Shown here: in pieces, positions 17,190 through 30,633 of the stretch
Numbering within the stretch: the stretch's first letter is position 1
How the letters are laid out: the number at the start of each line of letters is the position of its first letter
NCBI GenBank assembly: GCA_043228905.1
Contig: JBHGNT010000010.1
Coordinates: forward strand, 1,674,001 to 1,738,000
DNA: 64,000 bases
Reading direction: 5' to 3'
Source: Azolla caroliniana
Lineage: Eukaryota > Plantae > Polypodiophyta
Made by a program: the position numbers and the translations under genes
Notes under the pieces: generated by a model
The model's input: the letters and a program-made list of their open reading frames with translations, nothing else
Database searches by the model: none
What the model was told of the DNA's origin: nothing

Positions 17190-20100
17190 ATGGAGAGCCT
17201 CATCGGCCTCGTCAACCGAATACAGAGAGCTTGCACCGCCCTAGGCGACCATGGAGGTGACAATGCCTTGCCTACTCTGTGGGAAGCTCTTCCTTCTGTT
17301 GCCGTCGTGGGTGGGCAGGTGGGCACTTCTTCTTCTTGCTCAGGATTTTAATTTAACCCTAAAATTTCCTCATTTTTGTCTGATCCTTTTTAGCGTGATG
17401 TAAATACTGTCCGTGCCTTTCTTCGAATGGATCTTGAAATTAATGTTGATTTTTCACAGTTCCCATGTCTTTTTAGCATCTTCTATGCTCCCTAAACCTG
17501 CCCTTGAATCAATCTTAAACCTATCATTAGACTGTGCCTTTGAGGAGTTTCTCACTAGACTTAGCATAGTCTATGCTCCTTGGATTTGTTTTCAAATCAA
17601 TAAAAATTAATCAGAACCTAATTTTGAACTGTTTCTGACTTGGTTTAACATAAAGTGGCTCCTTTATTCCATATCTACAGAGCTCTGGGAAATCTTCAGT
17701 TTTGGAGAGCATTGTTGGCAGAGATTTCTTGCCGAGAGGCGCAGGTAGACAGAATTTGCTTGAAATTTTGATCCATCCATAAAGATTTCTTATGGATCCT
17801 TCTGTATTTGTAGGTATTGTGACCAGAAGGCCACTAGTTTTACAACTACACAAAGTAGATGATGGACCAGAGTACGCTGAGTTTCTTCATCTGCCAAAAC
17901 GAAGGATTACTGATTTCGGTAAGTATTTCATGTTAATTTTTCACTAATAACTGCCATCTCAGTAGGTAGTTTTTGTTTTTCCCAGAGCAATCACAGCTAC
18001 ACATAGATGTCAAGGTCTTGAGTTTTTAGATCGGAACTTTATCAAAGTCAGATGTATTGGGCTTGCCTGGTTATATGGGCCGTACTAGTAATTAAAATGG
18101 ACATGGTGTATAGTTATGATTCTTTTGATCTTTAGGGTCAAGTTGTTATACTTTTTTATTGGCAGTATGTGAGTGGCATAGTTGTTGCTGGACATAAGCA
18201 GTGAATGCTGAATATTCAGAACTTTCTTTCTCTAAAATTGGAAAACTGCCTCTTCCATAACATTATTTCATTGATTTTGTTTTCTTGTTTGTAAGTTTCA
18301 CTCACGTTATGTGTGAAATGGGTTCTTCAGGTGTCAAAATATTTGTCTGACATAAATTACTTGTATTGCGTCATTCTTTGATCTGATTATGGTTCAATGC
18401 AAATCTTATCCTAAAATTTACAAAATTTCACCCTTGTGTGGTACCCATATCCTATATTTTTAAAGAATGTTGCATAGTAAAATGTCACTTATAAAGTCAA
18501 ATGATTCCAAGGAGCTAAGAGAGTGGCTCAATGATTTTATAGGTAAATGTTGTGATGCTTGAACAATAGAAAAGCTGATGGCCGGATGATATAGAAATGC
18601 TGAACACCATAATTCAGTTACTTTGGTCTGATGCTTATAGATCTACTTGTAATATCGGTTATATGAGTAGGGATGCAATGTGCCATATATGTGAGTAGGA
18701 CTTGGTAATTTCCTATGATTAGAATTCTTGTGAATAAGTAACTTTATAAATTTGTTTTTAAACATCTTCACTTTTTCATCTTTTGTTTGATAAACCCATA
18801 TATGGTTGTTAGTTGCAGAATATGTTCAACTGATTAGTTTTTATTATCCATAAGCTATAAAGCATCCTTATTTTGTTTCCAGCTGCTGTAAGAAAAGAAA
18901 TACAAGATGAGACCGACAGAGTAACAGGCCGAAGCAAACAGATATCGCCAATCCCGATACATCTGAGCATTTACTCACCACATGGTAAGCATTTTCTAAT
19001 CAAAGAAAACATTTACTCACCACATGGTAAATTCAGTTATCATACTTTCATTAGTTAATCCAATCCACTATGTTTGCAGTTGTAAACTTAACTCTTATCG
19101 ACTTGCCGGGTTTAACCAAAGTTGCTGTGGGTAATATTTTGTGCTTAGAAAACAAACCCTTTGTTTGGTTCTAATTTCCATTAGTAAAACATAATGTCCT
19201 GATATGAAACGTTTTCAATAGAGGGGCAACCTGAAAGCATTGTAGCGGATATCGAGAACATGGTTCGTTTATACGTCGAAAAGGTATTTGATGCACTTTT
19301 AATTGTGTTAAGTCTTGCCAATGTAGATGGGCTTCATTTAAGCATGGATTCTAGTGTCATAATGTGAACTTAATCCTCTTGATGGTAGTAACCATATTAT
19401 GATGGATTGTATGACGATTGCTAATCAAGTGAATTGTTTTTCTCCTGACAGCCAAACTCAATCATACTTGCCATTTCACCTGCAAATCAAGATATTGCGA
19501 CTTCTGATGCGATCAAATTGGCTCGAGAAGTAGACCCTTCAGGTATAAGGTTTTGTATCAATCTTTAGAATGACTTCATTTTAGCTGAAATTGAGCAACC
19601 CCAAAAGCATAATTGAAACAAGGAAAAAGAAAATATATTGGCAACTTTGGAGAAGCCAAAATAGCCTATTTGGCTCGAACAGAAGAAGCAATGTAATTGC
19701 ATTTGACATCTCAACCATAAAAAGAGAAATGTTCAAAAGCTGAAATTAGGACTCTTTAAGTAGGATAAGTGCACGAGATAGAAAGAAAGAAAGAATGATA
19801 TATTAACATCTTCCAGATGCCAAAATGGCCTATGAGACCAAATGAGAACATCTTAAAATGCCGTTTGTGTTTGAGATGACTTTCCAAGGTTACTGGAGAA
19901 TCTCGTTAGCTAATCCATGAACATTCCCAACTTAGATGCATTGAAACTTCTAATTCAAAATATCTCCAATATGGGCCGGCTCAAGATGGACGGGTCTTCA
20001 AAGTAAGGGGAAGCACCTCTAGTGGTGGGTGATGATGGCATATTTCTGTCGATGGCAAGTGTGTTGGGATCATGGTCCAATTGGAGGCCATGGTATCTTC

Positions 20101-23100
20101 ATCTTATTTTGTAAAAAAACAATGCAATCACAAACATGGTGCTCTGCTAATGAAACAATTGGAATACATTTTGCCAGTTTTACCATTTATGTTCATAACT
20201 GATGTGAAGAGGTCTTAAGCTGCCCTATCTCACTATAGAGCGCATGTGATAGATGTGTATCTATATAAGAAGGCTGATGATAAATCTACCTTGACAGATG
20301 TGTAAAATGAGGGTCTTATAGTGAAAATCAACTTCTTACCAAAAGATGTCGTAGGGTTGATCTATGTCCTTTCGTTCTCCAATTTAATGGTATTAGTTCT
20401 TTTGTTAGCCAATTTAGAAAAAGGAGAGGGCAATATAGGAGAGGAGAAAGGGATATATATAAAGAAATGATTATTCAGGTTGAAACTGACTAATGCCACA
20501 AATATGAGTGGCTTCTGCTTATCCGGGCTAAAAGTCTGAAAAAAGAAAGGTTTGGGCTTACTAGAGATAAATATTTAAGCTACTAATTTCATCAGAGATG
20601 GTTTTACAGTCAATGAGTACACAAATAAGTAACATATGGTGCTTTGGGGACTTGATGTGGTGGAAAGGGGAAACTATAAACTACATTGGCTGCATTTGGG
20701 TGTTAATCTGTGGTTTGGACATGGCATGCGATGATGTCCATGATATGCTAGCAGGATTTACCAATGGAACGACGTTTATTTGTGTCAAGTGATTATCTTG
20801 CAAGTATCCCCAGAAAAGATGTATGAGAGAGTCGAAAATGCTTTAACAGATGTGAAGACATCTTTGGAGTAAGCAAGGGGTGGACATCGTAAATGTTAAT
20901 GGCAATGGATAGAGCTTTAGCCTCAGATTGAAGATGCAAGAGGGGAAGTGTATCTATAGTTCACTCTCTAAGCACCCAAGAGGATGCGAAGATGCATGGC
21001 ATATGTTTTTCTACAAGGCTTCCTCCTTGCCACACGAAGAAAGACTCATTGCATAGTGTTTTAATTACAAAATGTTTTTGCTGTTTCTGAAACTGCTGGC
21101 TGCTATGAACATAATCCCATGACAGAACCTTCATTAAGTTGTCAGTGTGGTTTATGCATGAATGACAATATGTTATAAAGTTAAAATGTCTCCTTCAGAA
21201 AGTAATATGATATTTTGTTCTTTACTTCTCTGAAACTTCATAGTATCAATCAAAATTAAGCAGCGGTTAATTTCTTTTATAGGAGAGCGCACATGGGGTG
21301 TTTTGACAAAGCTTGATCTGATGGATAAGGGTACAAATGCTGTAGATGTAAGCTTCCTGGTTTTGTTTTCCATCATTAACGCCTTATTTTTTATCAATGA
21401 AGGTTTGAAGGCAAGCAGTGATTTCAACACATGATAAGTAATTAAGAATTCTTAGATCATTTCAGGTGCTTGAAGGCCGAGCATATCATTTAAAGCATCC
21501 ATGGATTGGCGTTGTTAATCGTTCTCAGGCAGATATCAACAAGAATGTTGACATGATAGCTGCTAGACGTAGAGAACGTGAATATTTTCAAACTAGCCCT
21601 GATTATTCTCATTTAGCAAATCGCATGGGATCTGAGTATCTAGGAAAGATGTTATCTAAGGTGAGTTTTAAAAGATAAATTGAAAATATATATAATTTTC
21701 TTTTGTCAATGATTGTTGTTGTGGTGACATTGCATTTTACATGTTTCTCTTCAGTATTTAGAGGCAGTGATTAAGGCAAGGATTCCTAGTATATTGTCCA
21801 CAGTGAACAAAAGTATCGATGAGCTTGAAAATGAAATGAATCAACTTGGGAGGCCTATTGCAGTTGATGCAGGGGTAAGAATGCCAGTGTAGACTATTAT
21901 GGTTGGGTTTGTTTAGGTATTTGTGTATCTCAATCACCTTTGTTACCTCCTCTATATTCAGGCACAACTTTACACAATACTAGAGCTTTGCCGGGCTTTT
22001 GATCGTGTATTCAAAGAGCATCTTGATGGAGGGTACTGATTTAATCCTTGTCTCAGTTAGTCTGTTTGTGAGGTTAATTGTCTACGGTTAGGAATCTGCT
22101 GTCAATTTAGCAAACTTGGCTATTCTTGCTCATCGTTCCATAGTCATTTTGGTGCATTTCTTTTCCATTTTTATAGCAAAATATGCTGACTCATGCAATA
22201 TTATCGGGTATCAACTTCATTAGCTTGGCTAATCGAAGTCGAAATTCAGAAAATTCCACTGTAGTTAATTGAAGAAAGCAAAATTTCATAGCATCTTATT
22301 TAACCATTGCCATTTAACTTTTCAATTTTTTCCAAATATATAGCAAATAAGTGAATATTAGAATGCGAAGCGAACCCTGCCAATATTATTTGCAATGCCA
22401 ATCCGGAAGAAACTAGCCACACAAATCACTCATTCCTTTTTAATACAGAAATCTGCCAATTCCTTCAAGAAATGATTGAGGAAATGGCTGTTGTGCTTCC
22501 CTGTCTGGAAGGAAACAGCTTGAGGGTTAGTATTGTGTGTGAACAATGCCAACCACCCACATGGGCAAACAATTGGAGGAGTACATTCATTATGGCAGGT
22601 AGGAAAAGAACCTCATTATAGGGTAGACCATCCCTTGCATCCTCATTATAGGGTTTGTTACAATGAGACATAGCTCTCATTGTAACAAACCCCGTTTGTA
22701 ACCAGCTAAAGTGCTCCGCATAATATACATGGTTTCTGGTTCTATTCTTTATTCTGCATAATATACAATAGATTGGGCAATAGCAATTTGTCAAGCACGT
22801 AGGCCCCGGGCCCACAAACCACCCTTGTTATTGACAGATAAAGGCCATTATCTCCTGCCATCGCAGGCGCTTCCCTCGATTTGGAGACCTCTCCATTCTG
22901 GATCGACCTATGCTAGAGATCTTTTTGAAGACAAAAGTTATAATATATCTAACTTGAGAATCTTACACGTGCTGAAAACCAGATTCTTTAGTCTCCATTT
23001 ATCTTATTTACTTTTATATTTACTTAGAAATATTTATTTTATTTTGATTTGTTGTTCTCAAAGATGAGACAACACTTAAGATGTAATCCCTTGTTTGGTC

Positions 23101-25324
23101 TTATACACCATTTTGGCCTCTTAAAGGACGTTAATATATCTTTCTTTCTTTCTTTCTTTCTTCTTCAAGCATTTGTCTATGCAGTTCTCACATGTTTGAC
23201 TGCATTGCAATTTCATTTAGGAATGTTGTATTCTTTTAAACTCTTCTGTATTTTGATTGGCTTCACCCGTAAACCCAGATATGCATGCAAAGAAGTATAC
23301 TTCCATCACATATTACAACATAGATGTGGATATAGATTTCTTTCACAAAATATGAATTCATCCTGAAGCATAGAGTCTATCTTTTAGCTGTATCCCAGTT
23401 CCAGTTCAAATGGTCAGCCAACTTTACAACACCTTCAATCTTGTTTAAAATTCACTAATTTTAAAGATCACATGAAATAAAAAAGATGCATGTTTCATAA
23501 CAAGTTCAATTAACTGTGCTGTAATTGGAATATATGTTTTTCTTCAATGGTCAGCCAACTATTTGTAAACATTAACTAATTTTATAGATCACATGAAATA
23601 AAGATACATGCTCTATAACAAGTTCAATTAACTGTGCTGTAATTGAAATATATGTTTGCTTTATTTATGATGCTTTTATCTCTCTATGCAGACGTCCTGG
23701 TGGTGACCGTATTTATGGAGTCTTTGATAATCAATTTCCTGCTGCATTAAAGAAGCTTCCATTTGATAGACATTTGTCATTACAAAATGTTAGAAAGATT
23801 GTATCAGAAGCTGATGGATATCAACCACATCTAATTGCTCCTGAACAAGGTTACAGGCGGCTGATAGAAAGTGCTCTCATGTATTTCCGAGGTCCTGCAG
23901 AAGCAGTAGTGGATGCAGTATGTTTCTGACTTCATTTATATATAGCCTTGAGAAATTTTCTGTCATTGATTTGTATAGCTTCATGGTTGTAGGTGCATTT
24001 TGTATTGCGTGAGCTTGTGCGCAAGTCGATGAATGAAACCCAGGTGTGTAATCTTCATATTATATACAAATTCTTTTTATCATATTATATTGGATGAAAT
24101 TTCTATGTTCTGTTTCTTGAATAGTGTGTGATATTTTTTGGGTTTTGACAGATGACTCTCTTTCCTCTTTCTGTCTCCTTTTCTCTGTAAATTATAAAAT
24201 AAATGATGACTTCCAGAAAATCTGTATCAGCATCATTTTGCCTTTCATGTAATGTCACATTTCTTTAAGGATTGTTCATTAATCAGATAGCTGAGCTAGT
24301 ATCATATTTAAGTTTTCTCTTTACTCTTTCTGTCTCCTTTTCTCTGTAAATTATTAAATAAATGACAACTTCCAGGAAACTTGTATCAGCATCATTTTGC
24401 CTTTCATGTAATGTCACATTTCTTTAAGAATTATTCATTAAACAGATAACTGAGCTAGCATCATATTTAAGTTTTGAAATGCTCTTCAGGTTTCTTGCAA
24501 CGAAGAGATGTTAGTAGATATTCTCAAACTGAGGTTATTATTTTTATCTTCTGTGTTCTGCAGGAAGTAAAGAGGTTTCCCACTCTTCAAGCAGAGATAA
24601 CAGCTGCTGCCACTGAGGCATTAGAAAAGTTCCGTGATGAAAGTCGAAAAACAGCTTTGAGAATGGTAGAAATGGAATCAAGTTACTTGACTGTAGATTT
24701 CTTTAGAAAGCTTCCTCAAGAACTAGATAAAGGTGGGAACCCATCATCTACAGCAAATGACAGATACGCTGAGGGCCACCTGAAAAAAATCGGTAAGGAA
24801 AAGTTTCCATAATTAGTGTTTGCTAATATGTATCAAAATTTCATCTTAATGGTAGTTGATTGCTACCGAGGGTAGAGTTAGGAGTTGAAGTCCCAATTTG
24901 TGGCTTGCATGACAGGGTTGAACCACTAGGCCAAGCAATGAATTCATTTTAATTATGTTGTTTTTCTTCTTTTAGGTTCCACTGTACAAGCATATATTGG
25001 TATGGTAATGGAAACATTAAGGATTTCTATTCCTAAAGCTGTTGTACATTGCCAAGTAAGAGAGGCCAAACGATCTCTGCTAGATCACTTCTATACTCAA
25101 GTCGGCAAAAAGGAGGTAAATCGTGCTTTTGAACTATTGTACTGTTATATTTCACAAAGCATTGTAAATGATAAATATGCGTAATCCTTTCATAGGGTCG
25201 GCAACTTGCTTTGCTGCTAGATGAAGATCCAGCTTTGATGGAGCGGAGATCCGCATGTGCTAAGAGGTTGGAACTCTACAAGCAAGCCAGAGATGAAATA
25301 GATGCTGTTGCTTGGGCAAGATAG
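17190..25324 (+). CDS. DRP1: Dynamin-related protein 1 (phragmoplastin-type), 16 exons (17190-17318, 17681-17744, 17814-17918, 18883-18984, 19080-19130, 19222-19283, 19452-19542, 21283-21347, 21466-21660, 21755-21874, 21962-22032, 23692-23917, 23993-24043, 24564-24792, 24976-25115, 25196-25324)
   Basis: [23 protein letters not shown]...[67 protein letters not shown] and a GED ending ...[11 protein letters not shown]. Introns are canonical. The paralog letter cannot be assigned. Confidence 0.96.
23409..23657. repeat. Imperfect tandem duplication in DRP1 intron 11
   Basis: ATGGTCAGCCAACT...GATCACATGAAATAAA...AACAAGTTCAATTAACTGTGCTGTAATTG occurs twice, from ~23410 and ~23547. Confidence 0.8.
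24166..24475. repeat. ~159-bp tandem duplication in DRP1 intron 13
   Basis: CTCTTTCTGTCTCCTTTTCTCTGTAAATTAT...CTGAGCTAG(T/C)ATCATATTTAAGTTTT occurs twice with few mismatches. Confidence 0.88.
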
Positions 25325-25832
25325 GGTGTTGTAACAATGGAGTCCATTTATTCCTCAAATTTGATTTGTGGTTTATATATATATATATATATAGCTCACA
25401 CAACTCGACATGGATTATTGTGTCTAGATAATGAATATGCTAATACCTTACGTAATAAAAATCATTGATTCTTTTGTAGTATATGACTATCTATGATGGG
25501 TTAGTAATACCAGAGATTTGGTCATGAACCTTCTGAGTCTTATGCAAGAATTCCGAATGTTCTAGACATGTGTATCATCAGTAGGCCAGATATAGTGCAA
25601 CTTTTGAATGCCCAAAACGATTATTCTAGATTACGTGGAATCCTGACCTGATGGAAGAATTGTCGATGACACTAGACCATGTTCCCTACTCATCCATTTG
25701 ACCACAGAACCAGACTGATGAAAGATCAAAAGACTGAAATTCAACAAGTAATCTAGTTGTCCATTTGAGATCAAAAACTTCGAATAACTCTAAATAACGA
25801 TTTAAACACCTCCATTTACATGTCTGGTTGAG

Positions 25833-25869
<37 letters not shown>

Positions 25870-26904
25870 GAAGCATTAACTTGCAATGATTATTTACACC
25901 TGCTCAAAAGTCATGGAGTCATATGTAACGGAAAGCATTACATAAAATCAAACTTATGCTTAATGTGTGCATTCTCCCAAACTGTTCAGGGTTCTTTTCC
26001 TTTGCTGAATGCAAGGGAACCATTAAGTGCAGAAGCAAATGCACTTTGTAGATATTTCTCTCATCAAAAACAAATTCTAAGTTTTGTAGGAGATTCTGTT
26101 TTCCTTTTAAGAGGGAAATGTGACACTATATTCAAAAGCATTTCTATTATTGGACTTCTGTAAGCATGGCAGCATTGAAGTCATAGAAAGGCAACATTGT
26201 TTAATTTTCGAAAGTCATAATTTTAGTTTGATGTGACAAACTCCAAAGGAGCAAGACTTACAAGATTGAAATTAGACATTTCAAGAAATATGAAGCATGA
26301 AAAAGATACGCTTACTCCCTACTAAAAGGCAATGTTAAGAAAGTAGAGCTTTTTACAAGAAACGACGGGCTTTAAACCTTTCCATCATACACCATAGTCA
26401 ATGAGTCAGATGCCTTTCCCAACTATGGGTTTGGTTGTACATAAATTGCATAGTGAAGGGGGGTTAAAGGAACAAGTAACATATTTCTATTCAAGGACTT
26501 CATAAGAAAAACCAACAAGATAATTTCCAAAGTGCTAACAAGACAATACCTATTGCATATGCACAAAAGCTGAGGTCCATGAAAATGTATATGTTGGGGG
26601 AGATTTGGACCCAACAAGATATTCGCCATAATGCATTACTTGACCGCAAGTGGACCTTGGGAAGGGTGTGCATGAAAGTATTGCTAGAATTCGGCCCAGA
26701 AAGCTTTGCCACAAAAGTGGATTATGATTGATGCAGATATCTCCTTTCTAATCCGAGGATGACATGAGGCGTGATTCATGTGAGTATGAATGGGGTGGTC
26801 AGGAGGGTGTGTAAACGAAGGAAGCAGTTTTTTTGGACAGACTCAGAGGAAGTGGACATGTCCGCAAGAGTATTGAGCATAATGACAATGAAATTCCTTG
26901 CAAT

Positions 26905-27018
26905 CAATCGGTTTAAATGGTTTCGTGGTTCGGTTTAAGTTTCAAAAAAATTTAACGGTTTTGAATTTGACTCTCTCGAACCGAACCGAAACCAAACCGA
27001 ACCGTTGCCAATTGTTAG
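26905..27018. mobile_element. End fragment of a CCGAA/GGTTC-rich dispersed repeat (probable non-autonomous DNA transposon), same family as 60990-61465
   Basis: It shares TTAAATGGTTTCGTGGTTCGGTT and the terminal AACCGAACC(G/A)TTGCCAATTGTTA with 61355-61465. No TSD or second end was found. Confidence 0.6.
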
Positions 27019-27191
27019 TTGTTTCTCACATTATACATACACACACACACACACCCAAATACTTCAAGAAAACTCTTCTCTTCTCATTTCATTTCCTTCT
27101 TCTTCTTCTTCTTCTTCTTCTCATTTCATTTTCCTTCTCCTTCCTTCATTCTCTGTTGAAAGTCTCACCAGAAAGACAAAAGCTCTCGGCT

Positions 27192-30100
27192 ATGGCGGAG
27201 GAGGACCCCCCCACACACACCAAAACTTCGTTAGAGACCATCGAGAGCCCTGACTCCACAGGGAGCAACTACAAGGTACTACTCTCTTCGTCTTTGTCTT
27301 TGTCTTCTTCACCATCTCCATCGCCATCGATAGGTCATTATTATTCCCCACCCACCGCCTACAGACCTCTGAGGGCTCCTGCAGTTCATCCGAGTATGGT
27401 TCTTTCTACTCCTCACGCCTCTTTAATGCCTGTTCCTCAACCCCTCCCCGTTCCTCTTTCTCTCCCTCCCTATTCCTTTCAAGTACCTAAGAAATGCATA
27501 AACAGCCCCCAAGATATAGAGAAATTCCATTTCTCCGAGGGTGGAAAACACTTCTTAGGCTTCGTAGCTGGGCTGAACCAGTCTATAAAAGGTCACCAGA
27601 TCTCTGATTATTGCTCAGAATCTTCTGTTATTCGAGGTTTGATTCAGATTCTGGAATATATGAGCGCTTGGGTAGATGAGATTCCTCCTCTTCAGCAACC
27701 CGCCAGATATGGAAATATTGCTTTCCGAGATTGGCAAAGAAGATTGCAAGAAGAAGGACCTTCTCTTATGCTAAAACTTCTTCCTAAGGACATTGAATCA
27801 TCGGTCATTGAAATTTTCCCTTATTTTTCAGATAGCTTTGGTAATGCAACCAGAATAGATTATGGAACTGGCCATGAGACCAATTTCGCTGCTTGGCTGT
27901 TTCTATTAGCTAGACTTGGTCTTGTTAAAGAAGATGATTATCACGCGTTAGTTGCTAGAGTGTTTGTTAAGTATCTTGATTTGATGAGAAAGATTCAAAC
28001 TACTTATTGGCTTGAACCAGCTGGTTCTCATGGTGTTTGGGGATTAGATGATTATCACTTCTTGCCCTTTATCTTTGGTTCAGCCCAGCTTATAGACCAT
28101 AAGTATATGAAGCCGAAGTCCATTCACAATGAGGATATACTTGAGAATTTTTCCAAGGAATTTTTGTATTTGGGTTGTGTAAGCTTTGTAAAGAAGATGA
28201 AGAAAGGACATCTTGCAGAACACTCTCCGATGATTGATGATATCTCAGCTGTGGCTTCATGGAATAAGGTTAACAGTGGTATGTTGAAAATGTATAAAGC
28301 TGAAGTGCTTGAGAAGGTTCCCATCATGCAACATTTCCTCTTCGGCTCACTAATCCGCTGGTAAGTTCTCTACAAAAAAAAGACGTTTTTGGTAGCCTTG
28401 GATAATTATTTGTTCTATTTCTTATGTTTTTTGATCGTTTCAATGTTTCAAGTTATCTTTAACTCTTTAACTATCAGTTATTACTGGATGGACATCGATC
28501 CAGATAACAAAGAAACATGCAGAGAATTGAGAAATAATAGTAGCGTTTGGAATGTGGATGCTTTAATTTTATTGCCTTCAAATGAATTTAAATAGAGCAT
28601 CCTGTTGTTTCAATCATAAAATAGCAAACCACTCAGTAGGATATCCCTAAATAGTAAAATGGCTTACATGAATAAGACATGTCAGATCTTTGAACATCAG
28701 AATGTGTGTATGTTCTCACATTCACCTGAACACTTTCCTATTATTACAATTATTTACAAACGTTTTCTATAAAATCCTGAACAATATATTCACATTGCAT
28801 AACTATTTAAATGCGTCAAAACCTAAATCATATTTGTAGAAGAAGCTTAGACTAGTATGGCGTATCTCTCTTTAACTTACCAGCGCATATTATTTTATTT
28901 CTTCATACCATGCTACATAATATTGCCACTCTTCTGGGCCTCAAAGCTACTGAAGGTACCATCGTTAGGATCATTAGTGTCTCATTACTTGGGGATGAGT
29001 ATCTTTACGTTGATAGGTCCTTACAGAAGAGTGTTGTTCTGTGAGAGATGTGACGCTGCCCTGACATGGTATCCAATCCTGTGTGTGTACATCATTTTGA
29101 AAATACTCAAAGACTGATGTTTCAATGTCCTTGATTGCATATATTTCCCTCACTAGAAACAAGATTGCCCAGTTCCCACGTGGTTAATTATTACGCTTTT
29201 ATTAGAATTCGTTTGTGGTTAATTATTACCCTTTTATTTATATTGCATGAGATTATTGAATGAGTAGCTAGATGAACACTGATTTAAAGCAAATTGTTCT
29301 AAATTGTGCATTAACATCTTTGTCGACTGTATATTGGAGGGAGTCTTGCAAGGTCTTCAGTGTTGACATCTGTTCTTATTTCAATGTTAAAGTGTGTCTG
29401 CCTCTTAAGGATGGTAATACAAAATATGGATGTTTCTCTATAGCTGGACATTGTAGCACATTTTCACTAATATGCCATCCCTTACCAATGCTCTAATCAT
29501 TAGAAATATCGTTGATTGACATGTTATTCATGGAAAAATCCTCCTATACCAGGACCAGAGAAATGGATATGTTCACAATGCTAATGCTTGGAATAACATA
29601 GCCATTCCAATTTATTTTATTCCTAGTCTTGTTGGCTTTAGCCACAATACAGCTTGCATTATTCATCCTGAATATGTATGTCAGAAGGTGAGGTTATACA
29701 AAATATTGAATAATAAGGGCGTGCATCCCTGATGCTTAATATATTATGGTACATGGTGGAGTATATGACATAACATCAGTCTTTAGATCTGTTTCACACC
29801 TGATGGGGCTAATACCTTGAACACTTAAGCGCTATGTGATGCCATAACGTCCTTGATCTACTCATATCTGTCTCTCAGCCCTTCCAGCCCCACGACAGAG
29901 GGATCCTCTCGCATTTCTCAGCCGTCGGGGGGCTCATGAAGATGCATATAAATGTTCTTTGGATGACATTTCATACCATAGTTTTTCTATAAGCTCAGGC
30001 AAGTAGAAAGACTTACAAGTTTGTATAGTCCCTTGTTACTTGGCAAGAACACAGAGGTCTCTTTCCACCTCTTGGATGACTTCTCTTCTATATCTGTCTT

Positions 30101-30633
30101 GTTCTGTTATATAGAATGGGGGAGGAATGTGCTCAGTGTTTGCTTCATCTATAATGTTGGCGATCCTTGTCACAAGTTGGAACATTCTGTGAGTGCTTTG
30201 GATACCTCCGAATCTGCTGACAGCTTCTTTTTTGCTTCCTTGAGTTCATGGATGACCTCTAGATCTAGCTTCTTTCTGCCAGAGCCCTGTCATATTTTGC
30301 TGGCCTTTATTCAACAGCTCCCAAATACAACTTTTGTGCATGGATGCTGTAATAATGTGTGCTCTGTAAATGGAAGCATCATGATATTTAAATTTTCTAT
30401 GGTGCAAGTAATGTGTAGATAGCTGTTATATCATAAACAATATCTTTTCAGTTGTTGCTGTTGCAATGTTCTACATGTGCCTGTGTTGCTTTGCTTGACT
30501 GTGCTTTTGTGTACCATTTTGGGTTCACCTATTCAGTATTTAACGCTTATTTCATAAAATATATACAAAGGTCATCTAAAGGGAAAATGTGTATTTATTA
30601 TGTATCATATTTTCTGTACACTGTAGGGAGTGA
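27192..30633 (+). CDS. PTPA: Serine/threonine-protein phosphatase 2A activator (phosphotyrosyl phosphatase activator); exon 27192-28360 plus probable 7-nt terminal coding exon 30627-30633
   Basis: PARYGNIAFRDW, DSFGNATRIDYGTGHETNF, LEPAGSHGVWGLDDYHFLPFIFGS and KAEVLEKVPIMQHFLFGSLIRW are PTPA signature motifs. A donor TG|GTAAGT at 28360/1 and an acceptor CTGTAG|GGAGTGA at 30626/7 give ...IRWE*. Unspliced, the ORF ends at 28364. Confidence 0.93.
29780..30365 (-). pseudogene. Decayed coding-like segment antisense within the last PTPA intron; identity unknown
   Basis: One minus frame reads MFQLVTRIANIIDEANTEHIPPPFYITEQDRYRREVIQEVERDLCVLAK*QG...LPELIEKLWYEMSSKEHL...MREDPSVVGLEGLRDRYE*IKDVMASHSA*VFKVLAPSG, with scattered stops. 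It is preceded by an acceptor-like TTCCATTTACAG. Confidence 0.35.

Noticed and set aside
26898-27191. 98-aa N-terminal extension of PTPA in the ORF track
   Set aside because: It starts at TTG and runs through a repeat end and CT-rich 5' UTR. The ATG at 27192 (GCTATGGCG) has good context.
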